64,000 nucleotides of DNA, taken from the NCBI GenBank assembly GCA_035291465.1, contig DATDRZ010000129.1, forward strand, positions 34,656 to 98,655, read 5' to 3'. The notes under the pieces were generated by a model, which was given only the letters and a program-made list of their open reading frames with translations, did no database searches and had not been told where the DNA came from. The stretch comes from Anaerolineales bacterium. Its GTDB lineage: Bacteria; Chloroflexota; Anaerolineae; Anaerolineales; UBA11579. Shown here one piece after another: positions 53,626-62,674 of this stretch (position 1 is its first letter; each line of letters opens with the position of its first letter). The position numbers were made by a program, and so were the translations under genes.

Positions 53626-54921
53626 ATGGACAAGAACATCTTGTTTGAAAAACAAGAACCCGTTCCGGGAGAAAAAAAGGCCGTCGGGCAAGTTCCGCAA
53701 ATAGTGGGAAGCCTTGGCAATCCCATTAATTTGAATTGGCCGACCGATTTTGTTGTCGTGACTCAACCGTTTGGAGCGAATCCGGAGCTTCATTTGGATC
53801 GCGGGCTTCCCGGGCATGAAGGTTTGGATATCCGCGCCACGATGAACAGCAAGATTTACGCGTGCGTCGATGGCATCGTTGAAACCGCGCACGTTCGCGC
53901 CGAAGATGGGAATCCCCATGGCCGCTATGCGACCATCTTGCACCGCGATGGTTATCGCACCCTATACGGACATCTTTCCAATATCACAGTTGCCAAAGGT
54001 CAAAACGTGAAAGCGGGTACCGTGATCGGCAACGCTGGGCCCACGGGCCAAACAACAGGAGGTCATATTCATCTTGGCTTGTTCCAGCAGGGCGCAACCG
54101 CTAAGGGGTTGACGCATTTCCCAGATGACATCATTGATCCCACTCCCTTCTTATCCTTCTCCGTAAAACCGAGTGATATCTCAGCCTACCCCTGGCCGCT
54201 GGGCCGCTGCTTGGCTGGCGTCCACGCCAGCGGTGAAGGATTATCCATTGATGCATCCGGCAAATATGCACCTGAGGCGGCGCTGCTTCGCATGGATGTC
54301 GGCAAGGAGACCATCGGCAGCTTGAGGAAGCACAATCCGACACTCTTTCTGATGACGCAATTATCTTTACCTGCTGTCAGAAAACCGATACCCGCGGCCG
54401 AATGGGCTGCCTGGGTGCGCCCTTCAGTCCAGCGGCATGTCGAAACCGGGGTCGGGTATTTCGCGGTGCTGCGCGCTCCAAACCTGACCAGTGGCGGTTG
54501 CGGATTGCATTGGCATTCCGGTCAAGATTTTGGCCGGTGGTGGATGGATGCAGTCGCCTCTTTGAGGTTGAGCTTCCCGATGGCGAAATTCGGCTTTCCG
54601 GGCTTGGCTCCCGGGCCGCAGATAACCGGCCAGCGACTGGACGCGGCCAACTTCATGGAGGGCGCGGATGAAGCCATGTTGCATGCCGACTGGATCGGCG
54701 CCATTTGCCTCTGGTATAGCCCCAAAGAAATGCTGGATGAGGACAAGGGCGGCTATTATCTCAGCCTGCGCCGCTACTATCCTGAACAATTGATTTTCAT
54801 CACCGAATGCGGGTCAGTGAACTACGCCCCTGATACAGCTTCGAAGGCCAGCGAAGCCGCGCGCTTTTACCAGATTGTGAAAGATCAGCCAGGGATCGGT
54901 GCTGCGTTTGCTTACGTCTAA
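53626..54921 (+). CDS. M23-family metallopeptidase fused to an uncharacterized (possibly TIM-barrel glycosidase-like) C-terminal domain; no signal peptide seen
   Basis: HEGLDI...LYGHLSNITVAKGQNVKAGTVIGNAGPTGQTTGGHIHLG (HxxxD / HxH). The C-terminal 250 aa include LIFITECGS. Confidence 0.75.
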   Translation: MDKNILFEKQEPVPGEKKAVGQVPQIVGSLGNPINLNWPTDFVVVTQPFGANPELHLDRGLPGHEGLDIRATMNSKIYACVDGIVETAHVRAEDGNPHGRYATILHRDGYRTLYGHLSNITVAKGQNVKAGTVIGNAGPTGQTTGGHIHLGLFQQGATAKGLTHFPDDIIDPTPFLSFSVKPSDISAYPWPLGRCLAGVHASGEGLSIDASGKYAPEAALLRMDVGKETIGSLRKHNPTLFLMTQLSLPAVRKPIPAAEWAAWVRPSVQRHVETGVGYFAVLRAPNLTSGGCGLHWHSGQDFGRWWMDAVASLRLSFPMAKFGFPGLAPGPQITGQRLDAANFMEGADEAMLHADWIGAICLWYSPKEMLDEDKGGYYLSLRRYYPEQLIFITECGSVNYAPDTASKASEAARFYQIVKDQPGIGAAFAYV

Positions 54922-55205
54922 AGGGTAGCTTGCACCGCAAAGCTGTCGAATTCCCCGCTGGCAATTCCCCACTCCACCCGCACATCGGTTACCTGGGAGC
55001 CCCTCGGTCCCACTCGAACGGTACTCAGAAACCTTTCCAAGTCCTCGCGTTTACCTTCAGCAACGAGTTCCACGCGGCCGTCGCGCAGGTTGCGCACCCA
55101 GCCGGTTAAGGGCAGCCTAGCCGCACTCTCGCGAACGAAATAGCGGAATCCGACCCCTTGAACATGCCCGTCGATCCAGGCGTGCAGTCTCTCCTTGCCA
55201 GTCAT
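54918..55205 (-). CDS. acyP: Acylphosphatase
   Basis: VQGVGFRYFV...GWVRNL.DGRVE motifs. ATG at 55205. Confidence 0.9.
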   Translation of the reverse strand: MTGKERLHAWIDGHVQGVGFRYFVRESAARLPLTGWVRNLRDGRVELVAEGKREDLERFLSTVRVGPRGSQVTDVRVEWGIASGEFDSFAVQATL

Positions 55206-55218
55206 ATCACCCCGCTCG

Positions 55219-56241
55219 TTATTCTTCGTCCGGGTCTTCGCTCTCCTCGGAGTTTCCATTGGGGTGGGCTATGTCTTCCAAGTCTTCAGGCGAGAGATCC
55301 ATCAGATTGAGTTCGCCCATTTCCTGGGTGAGGGCCAGATTCTCGATGGCGTTCTCGATCAGGTCGATCTCGTCTTCGTCATCGCTGCGCTCCAAAAGTT
55401 CCTCGAGCGCCTCGGCCACGCCGTTGCCGCCGATTTGCGAAAGCGACCAAGCGGCGGCCAACTTCAACTCTGAATCTTCATCCTGCAGCAGGTCGACCAG
55501 TGTCGGCAGCGCCTCGCTAAGCTCCAGCTCGCCGGCGGCGCGGGCTGCCTCACGGCTCAGCTCCACGCTGGAATCATTGAGGCGCTCAATCACCAGGGGC
55601 GCCCAGCGGTCATCCGCGGAGCGGCCCATGGCGAAAAGCGCACTGGTGATCCAATCATCGTCGTCGCTTTCGTAGGCTTCCTCGATCAAATCGGGTACCT
55701 CGGCGCGGCTTGAATAACCTAGCGATTCGAGCGCCCGCCTTTGGATTATTTCATCCTCATCGGACCCCATGATGTCCAGCAATCTCTCCTCGGTTTGCTT
55801 CAGGGTCGCTTCGGGGATTTTGCCGACCTCGCCCAGATAGATAAAGCGCCCCAGGGCTGCGGCAGCCTGGGCGCGGACCTCGGTGTTGTCGTCGTTATCC
55901 AGCAGATCGAGCAGCTTGGGCACCAGAGCCGGTTGCTCTGAAGGCCACAGCGAGCGCACCGCAGTGAAACGGACACGGGCGTCCTCGTCGCCCAGCGCAA
56001 CTCGGTTCACGGCGTCGAAGTGCATCACCATGTTGCTGTCTGCCAGCATCTCCATGTCTTCCAGCAAACCAAGCCTGCGATTGGTGGAAAGATCCGGCCA
56101 GACGCGGGTTAGCAGTCCCAACTCCTCGCCCTCCAGTCCCGAGAGGCGATAGAGATAGCGCGCCGGGAATGGATTCGATTCATCGCGCAGGGCGGTGATG
56201 ACTTCGTCAAACGACAGTTCGGAGGTCTCGGTATTTGGCAT
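55219..56241 (-). CDS. Acidic HEAT-repeat protein
   Basis: Repeated D..VR..AA.ALG HEAT units. The ATG lies 1 nt after the rseP stop (TAAGATG). Confidence 0.7.
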   Translation of the reverse strand: MPNTETSELSFDEVITALRDESNPFPARYLYRLSGLEGEELGLLTRVWPDLSTNRRLGLLEDMEMLADSNMVMHFDAVNRVALGDEDARVRFTAVRSLWPSEQPALVPKLLDLLDNDDNTEVRAQAAAALGRFIYLGEVGKIPEATLKQTEERLLDIMGSDEDEIIQRRALESLGYSSRAEVPDLIEEAYESDDDDWITSALFAMGRSADDRWAPLVIERLNDSSVELSREAARAAGELELSEALPTLVDLLQDEDSELKLAAAWSLSQIGGNGVAEALEELLERSDDEDEIDLIENAIENLALTQEMGELNLMDLSPEDLEDIAHPNGNSEESEDPDEE

Positions 56242-56242
56242 C

Positions 56243-57310
56243 TTATGGGATAACAACGGGGTTTAGGAAATCCTGCAGGTTTATGTAAACGATCAACAAC
56301 AAAAGCAAGGCGAGCCCAACGGCATTCACCACGTTTTCATAGGACTGGGGGATGCGTCGTTTGAAGAGGATTTCGGGAAGAGTAAACAAGATACGCCCGC
56401 CATCCAGGGCCGGGACTGGCAACAGGTTCAGCAGGCCCAGTGAGATCGAGATGGAAGCAAAGAAAGAAAGCGTATTAATGCCGGGGGGGAGCGGGCTATC
56501 CTGTGCGGCGTCGGCTTCGCGCACTTCGGTGTAAATATCGTACATGCCTTTGTATCCCACCAGACGACCTTCTTCAGCACTGACTTCTCCGCGGATCATG
56601 CGACCGGGTAACGCGATCAATGCACCAGCCTGCTCATAGATCGCCTGCCCGCCCACCACAAGGGCTTCGGCCGGATTGATCGGCACCAGAGGGTGGCCCA
56701 TGGCAATGCCGATGGCGCCGTCTGCCGGGGGCGGATCACGGGGAACCAGGGAGGTTGTAAAAGTCTCTCCCTGGCGGGCGTAAGTGAGATTAATTGAAGT
56801 GCCCAGGTTGGCATAGATCAGACTGCGCAATTCGTCTGTGCTGTCGATCTCTTCACCGTTCACACTCAACACAATATCGCCGGCGTCCAGGCCTGCGGCC
56901 TGCGCCGGGGAGTTGGCGGAAACATCCATGATTTGCACGCGGCTCAAATCAGGTTTTCCCAATTGGAGAAAGATGAAGGCGTAGATCAACAAAGCGGCCA
57001 GCAAATTCATGGCCGGGCCGGATATCAGGACGAAAATCCGCGCCCAGGGATTGGCGGCGGCCAGGCCACCGGCAACCTTGGGGTCATTTTCGCCTACGGG
57101 GCGGACGAACCCGCCCAGCGGGATCCAATTCAGCGTGAACTCCGTTTCACCCCACTTGAAGAGCCGCGCCAGCCGGGGCGGAAAACCGATGCCAAATTCC
57201 TTGACCTGAATCTTGCTGAGCTTGGCGGTGAAAAAGTGCCCCAGCTCATGCACTACGATGAGGGCAGCAATAGCGATGATGAACGGGATCAACGAAGATA
57301 ATAAGTCCAT
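56243..57310 (-). CDS. rseP: RIP metalloprotease RseP (site-2 protease, M50)
   Basis: HELGHFF HExxH, a PDZ segment and an LLPVPALDGG motif. GTG 57319 is an alternative start. Confidence 0.9.
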   Translation of the reverse strand: MDLLSSLIPFIIAIAALIVVHELGHFFTAKLSKIQVKEFGIGFPPRLARLFKWGETEFTLNWIPLGGFVRPVGENDPKVAGGLAAANPWARIFVLISGPAMNLLAALLIYAFIFLQLGKPDLSRVQIMDVSANSPAQAAGLDAGDIVLSVNGEEIDSTDELRSLIYANLGTSINLTYARQGETFTTSLVPRDPPPADGAIGIAMGHPLVPINPAEALVVGGQAIYEQAGALIALPGRMIRGEVSAEEGRLVGYKGMYDIYTEVREADAAQDSPLPPGINTLSFFASISISLGLLNLLPVPALDGGRILFTLPEILFKRRIPQSYENVVNAVGLALLLLLIVYINLQDFLNPVVIP

Positions 57311-57389
57311 TTTACTCACCTGTATTGAACGAATGAAGGAATTATATCGGATGGGTAAAAGCGGCTAGCGATAGCAATTCGTTAAGGCC

Positions 57390-58367
57390 TTAGCCGACTA
57401 AGTGGGCGGGTCCACCAGGTGCAGACAGGAGAACACGAATAACGCCTTCGATCTCTTGCAGCAGGCCTTCAACTTCGTCGGCAACATCCGCCTGACAAAG
57501 CACATGCACGTTAGGTCCCGCATCCAACGTATAGCAGACAGGCAGCCCTTCTGATCGCCACTCCCTGACCGCTTGCATAACGGTCAGCGAGGCCGGCAGC
57601 CAGTAATGCAGGGCAGGCTGAGAGGTCATCATCACAGCGTGCATCAAGTGGCAATCTAACTCGACCACCTGGGCCAGAGCTTCGAAATCGCGCTCCATCA
57701 CCGCAGACCGGCAAAGGTCCAGACGCCCGTCGGCGCTTTGCACGCGGGCAGCTTGCAGAGGGCTGGTGGCTGCCAGCCGGTGCCCTTCGGTTGACCCCAC
57801 GCTTTTGTGCTGCTCGCTGACGACGGCGATGCAGTCGGTCAACTCCCAATGATCGGCGGGCGCGATGGAGAACGCATAGCTGTCTTCGTCCTTATCGGCG
57901 GCTCGCCATTCCACGAAGCCGCCGGGCACCGAGCGGCTGGCGGAACCGGAGCCGCGGCGCGCCAGGCGCGAGAGGGTTTGCTCATCAAGGTTAAGGCCGG
58001 CGGCGGAACTGGCCGCGAGCGCCAGGGCGGCAAAAGCCGAGGAAGAGGATGCGATCCCCACTCCGCTAGGGAAGTTGTTTTCACTTTCGACGCGGGCGAA
58101 GGCGTCGGTTGCTGCCATCTGTCGCACGAGGTTAAGGAACTGTGAAACCCGTGCGGTTTGTTGTGCGTCAGCTTCTGCGCCATTCAGAATGACTTGGTCC
58201 ATGACCAGGCTGGAATCGAAGCGAACCGTTGTAGTGGTATGCAAAGCGCCCAAATTCATAGAAAGCGAGCTGTTGGCGGGAAGCCGCAAGGCTTCGTCGC
58301 GATTGCCCCAATACTTGATGAAAGCAATGTTGGGGTGGGCGCGCGCGGTGACTGGACCCTTGGTCAT
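57390..58367 (-). CDS. GHMP-family mevalonate-pathway decarboxylase (diphosphomevalonate or phosphomevalonate decarboxylase)
   Basis: NIAFIKYWGNRD, FPSGVGIASSSSAFAALA and RRGSGSASRS motifs. Confidence 0.85.
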   Translation of the reverse strand: MTKGPVTARAHPNIAFIKYWGNRDEALRLPANSSLSMNLGALHTTTTVRFDSSLVMDQVILNGAEADAQQTARVSQFLNLVRQMAATDAFARVESENNFPSGVGIASSSSAFAALALAASSAAGLNLDEQTLSRLARRGSGSASRSVPGGFVEWRAADKDEDSYAFSIAPADHWELTDCIAVVSEQHKSVGSTEGHRLAATSPLQAARVQSADGRLDLCRSAVMERDFEALAQVVELDCHLMHAVMMTSQPALHYWLPASLTVMQAVREWRSEGLPVCYTLDAGPNVHVLCQADVADEVEGLLQEIEGVIRVLLSAPGGPAHLVG

Positions 58368-58373
58368 GCGGCC

Positions 58374-58379
58374 ATTCTA
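58374..58379 (-). promoter_or_regulatory. -10 box TAGAAT, 6 nt upstream of the decarboxylase ATG (leaderless), directly flanked by the repeat B palindrome
   Basis: Minus strand reads AACCTTTCGCAAGGTT-cgg-TAGAAT-ggccgc-ATG. Confidence 0.45.
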
Positions 58380-58382
58380 CCG

Positions 58383-58467
58383 AACCTTGCGAAAGGTTGG
58401 ACTCGAAGAAACATCCCACCCAAATCCAACCCATTCGCTTCGCTCAGGGCAGGCTCTTCGCAAGGTT
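58383..58467. repeat. Dispersed palindromic repeat, copy B
   Basis: AACCTTGCGAAAGGTT...TTCGCTTCGCTCAGGGCAGGCTCTTCGCAAGGTT. Confidence 0.7.
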
Positions 58468-58482
58468 GTGGCGTATGAAGAT

Positions 58483-58878
58483 TCAGATCTTGATGACTTT
58501 GTGTGCCTTAAAGCGCATTACAACGATATCTGGTCCGGACCATTCGCGCACGTGTTGCTCAGCCAACTCAGGTGGTTCGTAGCGAAAAGTGATCTCGCGC
58601 AGCCAGCGGTTCTCAGGGTCCTCTTCGACGGAAAACTCGCCTTTTAGCAGATAGCCTTCGCTGCCGTATGGATCGCCGCCAATGGACATAGCCCCTTTTG
58701 GATTGGCTTGAGCATATGCAATCTTGCGCGCGCTCCGTGAGCTGAAGAACACCACCTCATCACCATCGCGCGCAAACCATATTGGAACTGTATGCGGGTA
58801 ACCGTCTGCATCGATGACCGAGATCCGCACGACCTCCGGTTTCTCCAATATCTTACGGACTGGTTCAGAAAGTTGCAT
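58483..58878 (-). CDS. Pyridoxamine 5'-phosphate oxidase-like FMN-binding split-barrel protein
   Basis: VVRISVIDADGYPHTVPIWFARDGDEVVFFS is typical of the family. ATG 58878 was chosen. The 41-aa N-terminal extension from GTG 59001 looks non-protein-like. Confidence 0.7.
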   Translation of the reverse strand: MQLSEPVRKILEKPEVVRISVIDADGYPHTVPIWFARDGDEVVFFSSRSARKIAYAQANPKGAMSIGGDPYGSEGYLLKGEFSVEEDPENRWLREITFRYEPPELAEQHVREWSGPDIVVMRFKAHKVIKI

Positions 58879-59007
58879 GATCGTGGCGTCGGCGCGCTGG
58901 TGGCCAGGCTGGGTCCCTCGGGGGCGCCGGTATTGTATCTCGATTGAGCGAGATGGTGAGACGCAGGGGACGACATCGAACAGGAATGTTTGTCGCGCCA
59001 CTCGTCT

Positions 59008-62000
59008 TTACCTTCTTATCCTTGTTATCTTGCTCGCTTTTAGCAACGGTTCCGGTGACTCGCTCTCAGATTCCAACCGGCCTTCTACAAGCAGGGGTGC
59101 CTTGCCAACCAATTCGGCGCGGTAGCGCATGTAAACTTCGTTAGCTATCACCACCCTAAGCGTTCCCTCGAAATCAGCCAAATCCATAAAGTAAAGAGTT
59201 CCACCGCTGACCTGTACTCTTCGCCAGGTTTGCTTCATGCCTGCCACGCTCACGTCTTGGCCAAAGCGACCAGCTGCCTCCAATGTTGTCAGGACGCCTT
59301 CATGGCGCAGTTGATCGGCGACCAGATCCAAAGGATGGGCCACTAGGTTGACCCCCAGGAGGGCTTCCTGTGCCGCGGCTTTCTCCTCAAGTGACCAATC
59401 CATCACTGGATCCTCGCCAGTCCTAAATAGGGGCATCTGGCCGCGTTTCCAGGTTCCTGTTTCTAATTCGTTGAGCAGATTGGGAATGCTTCCCAGGCCA
59501 TCCAGCCCTCCCACCATAATGAGGTTATGCGCTTCCATGCTCCGCGGAAAAGCCCGAGATAAGAAATCCCCAAGAGAACTGAACGGCCGAAATTGTTGAA
59601 TTCGCCGCTGGGTGTCGTGGGTCAAGTCCCGCAATTGATCCAGGCCCATAAAAAGGTGTGCATTGCCATCAATGGTTGTTACGCTAAATTGGGATTGGGA
59701 ATAGTTGATGTGCGGCGCGCGTATCTTCAAACCCAGTCGTCGTGCTTCCATAAGGTAGGTTTCCTGGCCGTAGTAGCCGCCCCAGTTCGCCATGACCGCG
59801 GCCATGAACGCGGCAGGATAATAGGTTTTACACCAGGCTGAGCGCCACGCAGTCAAAGCGTATGACGCGGAGTGAGCTTTTGGAAACCCGTAACCCGCGA
59901 AGGCAGCCATCATTTCCCAGATTCGTTCCGCCACATCTGGCGGAACCTGTTTGCGTTCACCCGCGCCATTGATGAATTTCTCCTTGAGCATCTGCATGCG
60001 CTTTCCGGGATCGAAGTGGCTCATTGCGCGGCGCAGCAAATCCGATTCAGCCAGACTGAAGCCGGCCAGTTCGTGAGCCACGCGCAGCACTTGTTCCTGG
60101 TAAAGGAAGACGCCATGCGTCTCCTCCAGTAATGGCGCCAGCGCAGGGTGGAGGTAGGCGACTTCCTCCTGACCCAGGTGGCGGCGAATGAAGGCATCTT
60201 TCAAGCCGCCGGTGAGCGGGCCCGGCCGGAATAGCGCTAGAGCGACCATCACGTTGTCTACACTGTCTGCCTGTACTTCTTTCAGAGTGGCGCGCATCCC
60301 CGGGCTTTCGATCTGGAAACAGCCGATCGTCTTTCCATTGCGCACCAGTTCGGCAACTTTGGAATCATGATCAGGAATTTGCTCCAGAATATCGAGGCGC
60401 GTTTTGCCCAGTTCAGGATGCTGTGCCTTGATTTGATCGGCAACATCGCCCAGCACAGAAAGACCCCGAATTCCCAACAGGTCCATCTTCACCAATCCTA
60501 ACTGCTGCACCCCTTCGAGGTCGTACTGTGTGATAGTAATGCCTTTGGTCGTGTATTGGGTGGGTACCAGATCATTGAGCGGTCCCGCGCTGATCACAAT
60601 CCCTCCGGGATGGATGGACAAGTGGTTAGGCATATCCAGGATGGCTTCGGCGTGGGAGAAGATCGATTTGTGCGTTACATCGTTGGAACGCGCTTCCAAT
60701 TCTGCGTATGGTCGATCCGTGTTTTCAGATGATGCGCGGGGAGGGCCCCAATAGCGATAGGGCAGCGACTCGACCATCGCCTTGATCTCAGCCGGAGACA
60801 AACCGTACACCTTGGCCACTTCGCGCAGAGCCGAACGGCGGCGAAAACGGTTGATGGTTGCCACCATGGCGACGCGGTCCCGGCCATATTTCTCGTATAC
60901 ATGGTTGATCACAATATCGCGGCGGCGAGAGCAGATATCCGTGTCTATATCCGGTGGACTGGGGCGCGCGGGATTCAGGAAGCGCTCAAAATATAGATTC
61001 AACCTGATCGGGTCAGGCGTTGTAATCCCCAAGCAGTGCGCCACCAGCGAAGCGGCGGCCGACCCGCGTGACGATAACGGTACGCCGGCTTGTCGGGCAA
61101 AGGAAACAATTTCCTCCATGATCAAGAAAAGTGTGGTGTAACCACTGTTGCCTATCCCTTCTAACTCGTGCTCGAGACGATGCGTAATTTCCACTGTCAT
61201 CTTGCTGTAGAGGTTGAGGGCGCCGGCGTAGGCTTTCTCTCGCAACATTTCGTTGGGTGTTTTCCCGCCGGGCAGCGATAATTCTGGAAAGATGGGTTTC
61301 CCGAGCGGCAATGCGAAATTGCAGCGTGAGGTGATTTCTTCGGTGGCCGCGATGGCTTCGGGAAATTTGGAGAATTGTGCTGCCCATTCCTCATTACCGG
61401 GAAAATGGCTTTTGGCCGGCGCTGCCGCAGAATCCGGCAGCCTATCCAACGTCGTATTCAATCGCATGGCCGCCAGCACTCTTTGCAGTTCGGCCTGCGC
61501 AGGGTGCATGGTATAGATCGGCCACACCGCCACAGCCGGAATGGTTAAATCCCTGGCAAGATCTGCGGCCCGGTTGACATTATGCGCGGGTAGCTGCATA
61601 TACATCCGATCGCCAAACGTGTCTTTCAGAGAGGCGAGTGTGGGTTTATTCGCGCTCGGGTAAACAAGCACGATCAAGCCCTTCTCGTTCGCAGCCAATT
61701 TTTCGAGCGCAAGCGGCCGCGCTTCACCATGTCCCTCGTGCAGCAACCAGGAACTTATGCGGCAAAGGCTGGACCAGCCGGCCGAATCCATTGCCAACAA
61801 GATCGATGGCAAACCCCGGCCATTGGGATTTACGAGTTTCACCTCAAGGCCCAGGATAGGCTTGATCCCTTCCGCCCGGCACGCCAATGTGAATTCAATG
61901 GCTCCAGTCAGCCGGTTGTGGTCTGTGAGGGCCAGGGCTGATTGCCCGGCTTTTGCAGCGGCCGAGGCCAGCTCGCTGGGCTTGGGGATACCATTGAGCA

Positions 62001-62037
62001 ATGAGAAGTAAGAGTGGACAGAGAGGTGGGAAAACAT
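59008..62037 (-). CDS. dnaE: DNA polymerase III alpha-subunit family protein, short form (DnaE; DnaE2/ImuC-like architecture possible)
   Basis: PHP N-terminus (HLSVHSYFSLLNG...ALALTDHN), polymerase core, clamp-binding-like QMPLF, and an OB fold about 55 aa from the C-terminus. 1009 aa. Confidence 0.85.
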   Translation of the reverse strand: MFSHLSVHSYFSLLNGIPKPSELASAAAKAGQSALALTDHNRLTGAIEFTLACRAEGIKPILGLEVKLVNPNGRGLPSILLAMDSAGWSSLCRISSWLLHEGHGEARPLALEKLAANEKGLIVLVYPSANKPTLASLKDTFGDRMYMQLPAHNVNRAADLARDLTIPAVAVWPIYTMHPAQAELQRVLAAMRLNTTLDRLPDSAAAPAKSHFPGNEEWAAQFSKFPEAIAATEEITSRCNFALPLGKPIFPELSLPGGKTPNEMLREKAYAGALNLYSKMTVEITHRLEHELEGIGNSGYTTLFLIMEEIVSFARQAGVPLSSRGSAAASLVAHCLGITTPDPIRLNLYFERFLNPARPSPPDIDTDICSRRRDIVINHVYEKYGRDRVAMVATINRFRRRSALREVAKVYGLSPAEIKAMVESLPYRYWGPPRASSENTDRPYAELEARSNDVTHKSIFSHAEAILDMPNHLSIHPGGIVISAGPLNDLVPTQYTTKGITITQYDLEGVQQLGLVKMDLLGIRGLSVLGDVADQIKAQHPELGKTRLDILEQIPDHDSKVAELVRNGKTIGCFQIESPGMRATLKEVQADSVDNVMVALALFRPGPLTGGLKDAFIRRHLGQEEVAYLHPALAPLLEETHGVFLYQEQVLRVAHELAGFSLAESDLLRRAMSHFDPGKRMQMLKEKFINGAGERKQVPPDVAERIWEMMAAFAGYGFPKAHSASYALTAWRSAWCKTYYPAAFMAAVMANWGGYYGQETYLMEARRLGLKIRAPHINYSQSQFSVTTIDGNAHLFMGLDQLRDLTHDTQRRIQQFRPFSSLGDFLSRAFPRSMEAHNLIMVGGLDGLGSIPNLLNELETGTWKRGQMPLFRTGEDPVMDWSLEEKAAAQEALLGVNLVAHPLDLVADQLRHEGVLTTLEAAGRFGQDVSVAGMKQTWRRVQVSGGTLYFMDLADFEGTLRVVIANEVYMRYRAELVGKAPLLVEGRLESESESPEPLLKASKITRIRR

Positions 62038-62038
62038 T

Positions 62039-62060
62039 TAGAACCTGCGTTCTAATTATA
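62039..62060 (-). promoter_or_regulatory. dnaE promoter: -10 TATAAT followed by a perfect GAAC-N4-GTTC (Gram-positive-type LexA/SOS box)
   Basis: Minus strand reads TATAAT-ta-GAAC-GCAG-GTTC-taa-ATG. The plus strand reads TAGAACCTGCGTTCTA, a 6+6 inverted repeat. Confidence 0.5.
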
Positions 62061-62128
62061 AATGGTTTCCTGTGTTTCCGGTTCTTGCACCTGGGACGCT
62101 GAGATGTTTTCTGTTACCATTTTTCACT

Positions 62129-62656
62129 ATGAAGGCGCTAAAGATGCAAAAGAGGGCAGCCTGGGAACTCGATGTTTTCAATAAGCTGCGCAAATCCGGC
62201 TCTTTGGGAGCTAAATCAGTTGATTACATCGCCAAGCGTAAGGTGAAGTTGTCTTTTGGGGCGCAGCCGACTGGGGCAAAATGGACGCTGAAGGGCATGC
62301 TCCTTGGCCCCCCAGAAGTTATCGTCAATTCCAAGCAAATGGCTGGGGTGAAGAGCGCAAAGGATAACTGGTCGCTCTCTGTGATCGCCCATGAGGTCAA
62401 GCATTACCAACAGGGAATGCTTGTGGCCCTATCTGTTTATGGCGAACTGGAGGCCTGGCAATTGCAGATGCGATTGCTCCGCGATTTGGGTTCGCCGCCA
62501 AAGAACCAGGCCCTCAAAGCGATCGAGAAATTGAAATTGAGTCACGACCCCAAAGTCCTGCGCGAAGCGGCGAGGTTGATGAAAGAGTATTCGCCGGAAT
62601 ATCGCGTCGATTTGCTGCCTTTGAACCCGATTACCTATTTCGGAAGAAAGCTATAA
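62129..62656 (+). CDS. Hypothetical protein with an HExxH motif (putative small metallopeptidase-like)
   Basis: SVIAHEVKHYQQG. Divergent from dnaE and shares the SOS-box intergenic region. The start is uncertain (ATG 62129 or 62144). Confidence 0.5.
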   Translation: MKALKMQKRAAWELDVFNKLRKSGSLGAKSVDYIAKRKVKLSFGAQPTGAKWTLKGMLLGPPEVIVNSKQMAGVKSAKDNWSLSVIAHEVKHYQQGMLVALSVYGELEAWQLQMRLLRDLGSPPKNQALKAIEKLKLSHDPKVLREAARLMKEYSPEYRVDLLPLNPITYFGRKL

Positions 62657-62674
62657 GCGCGGCTCAACGCCCGG

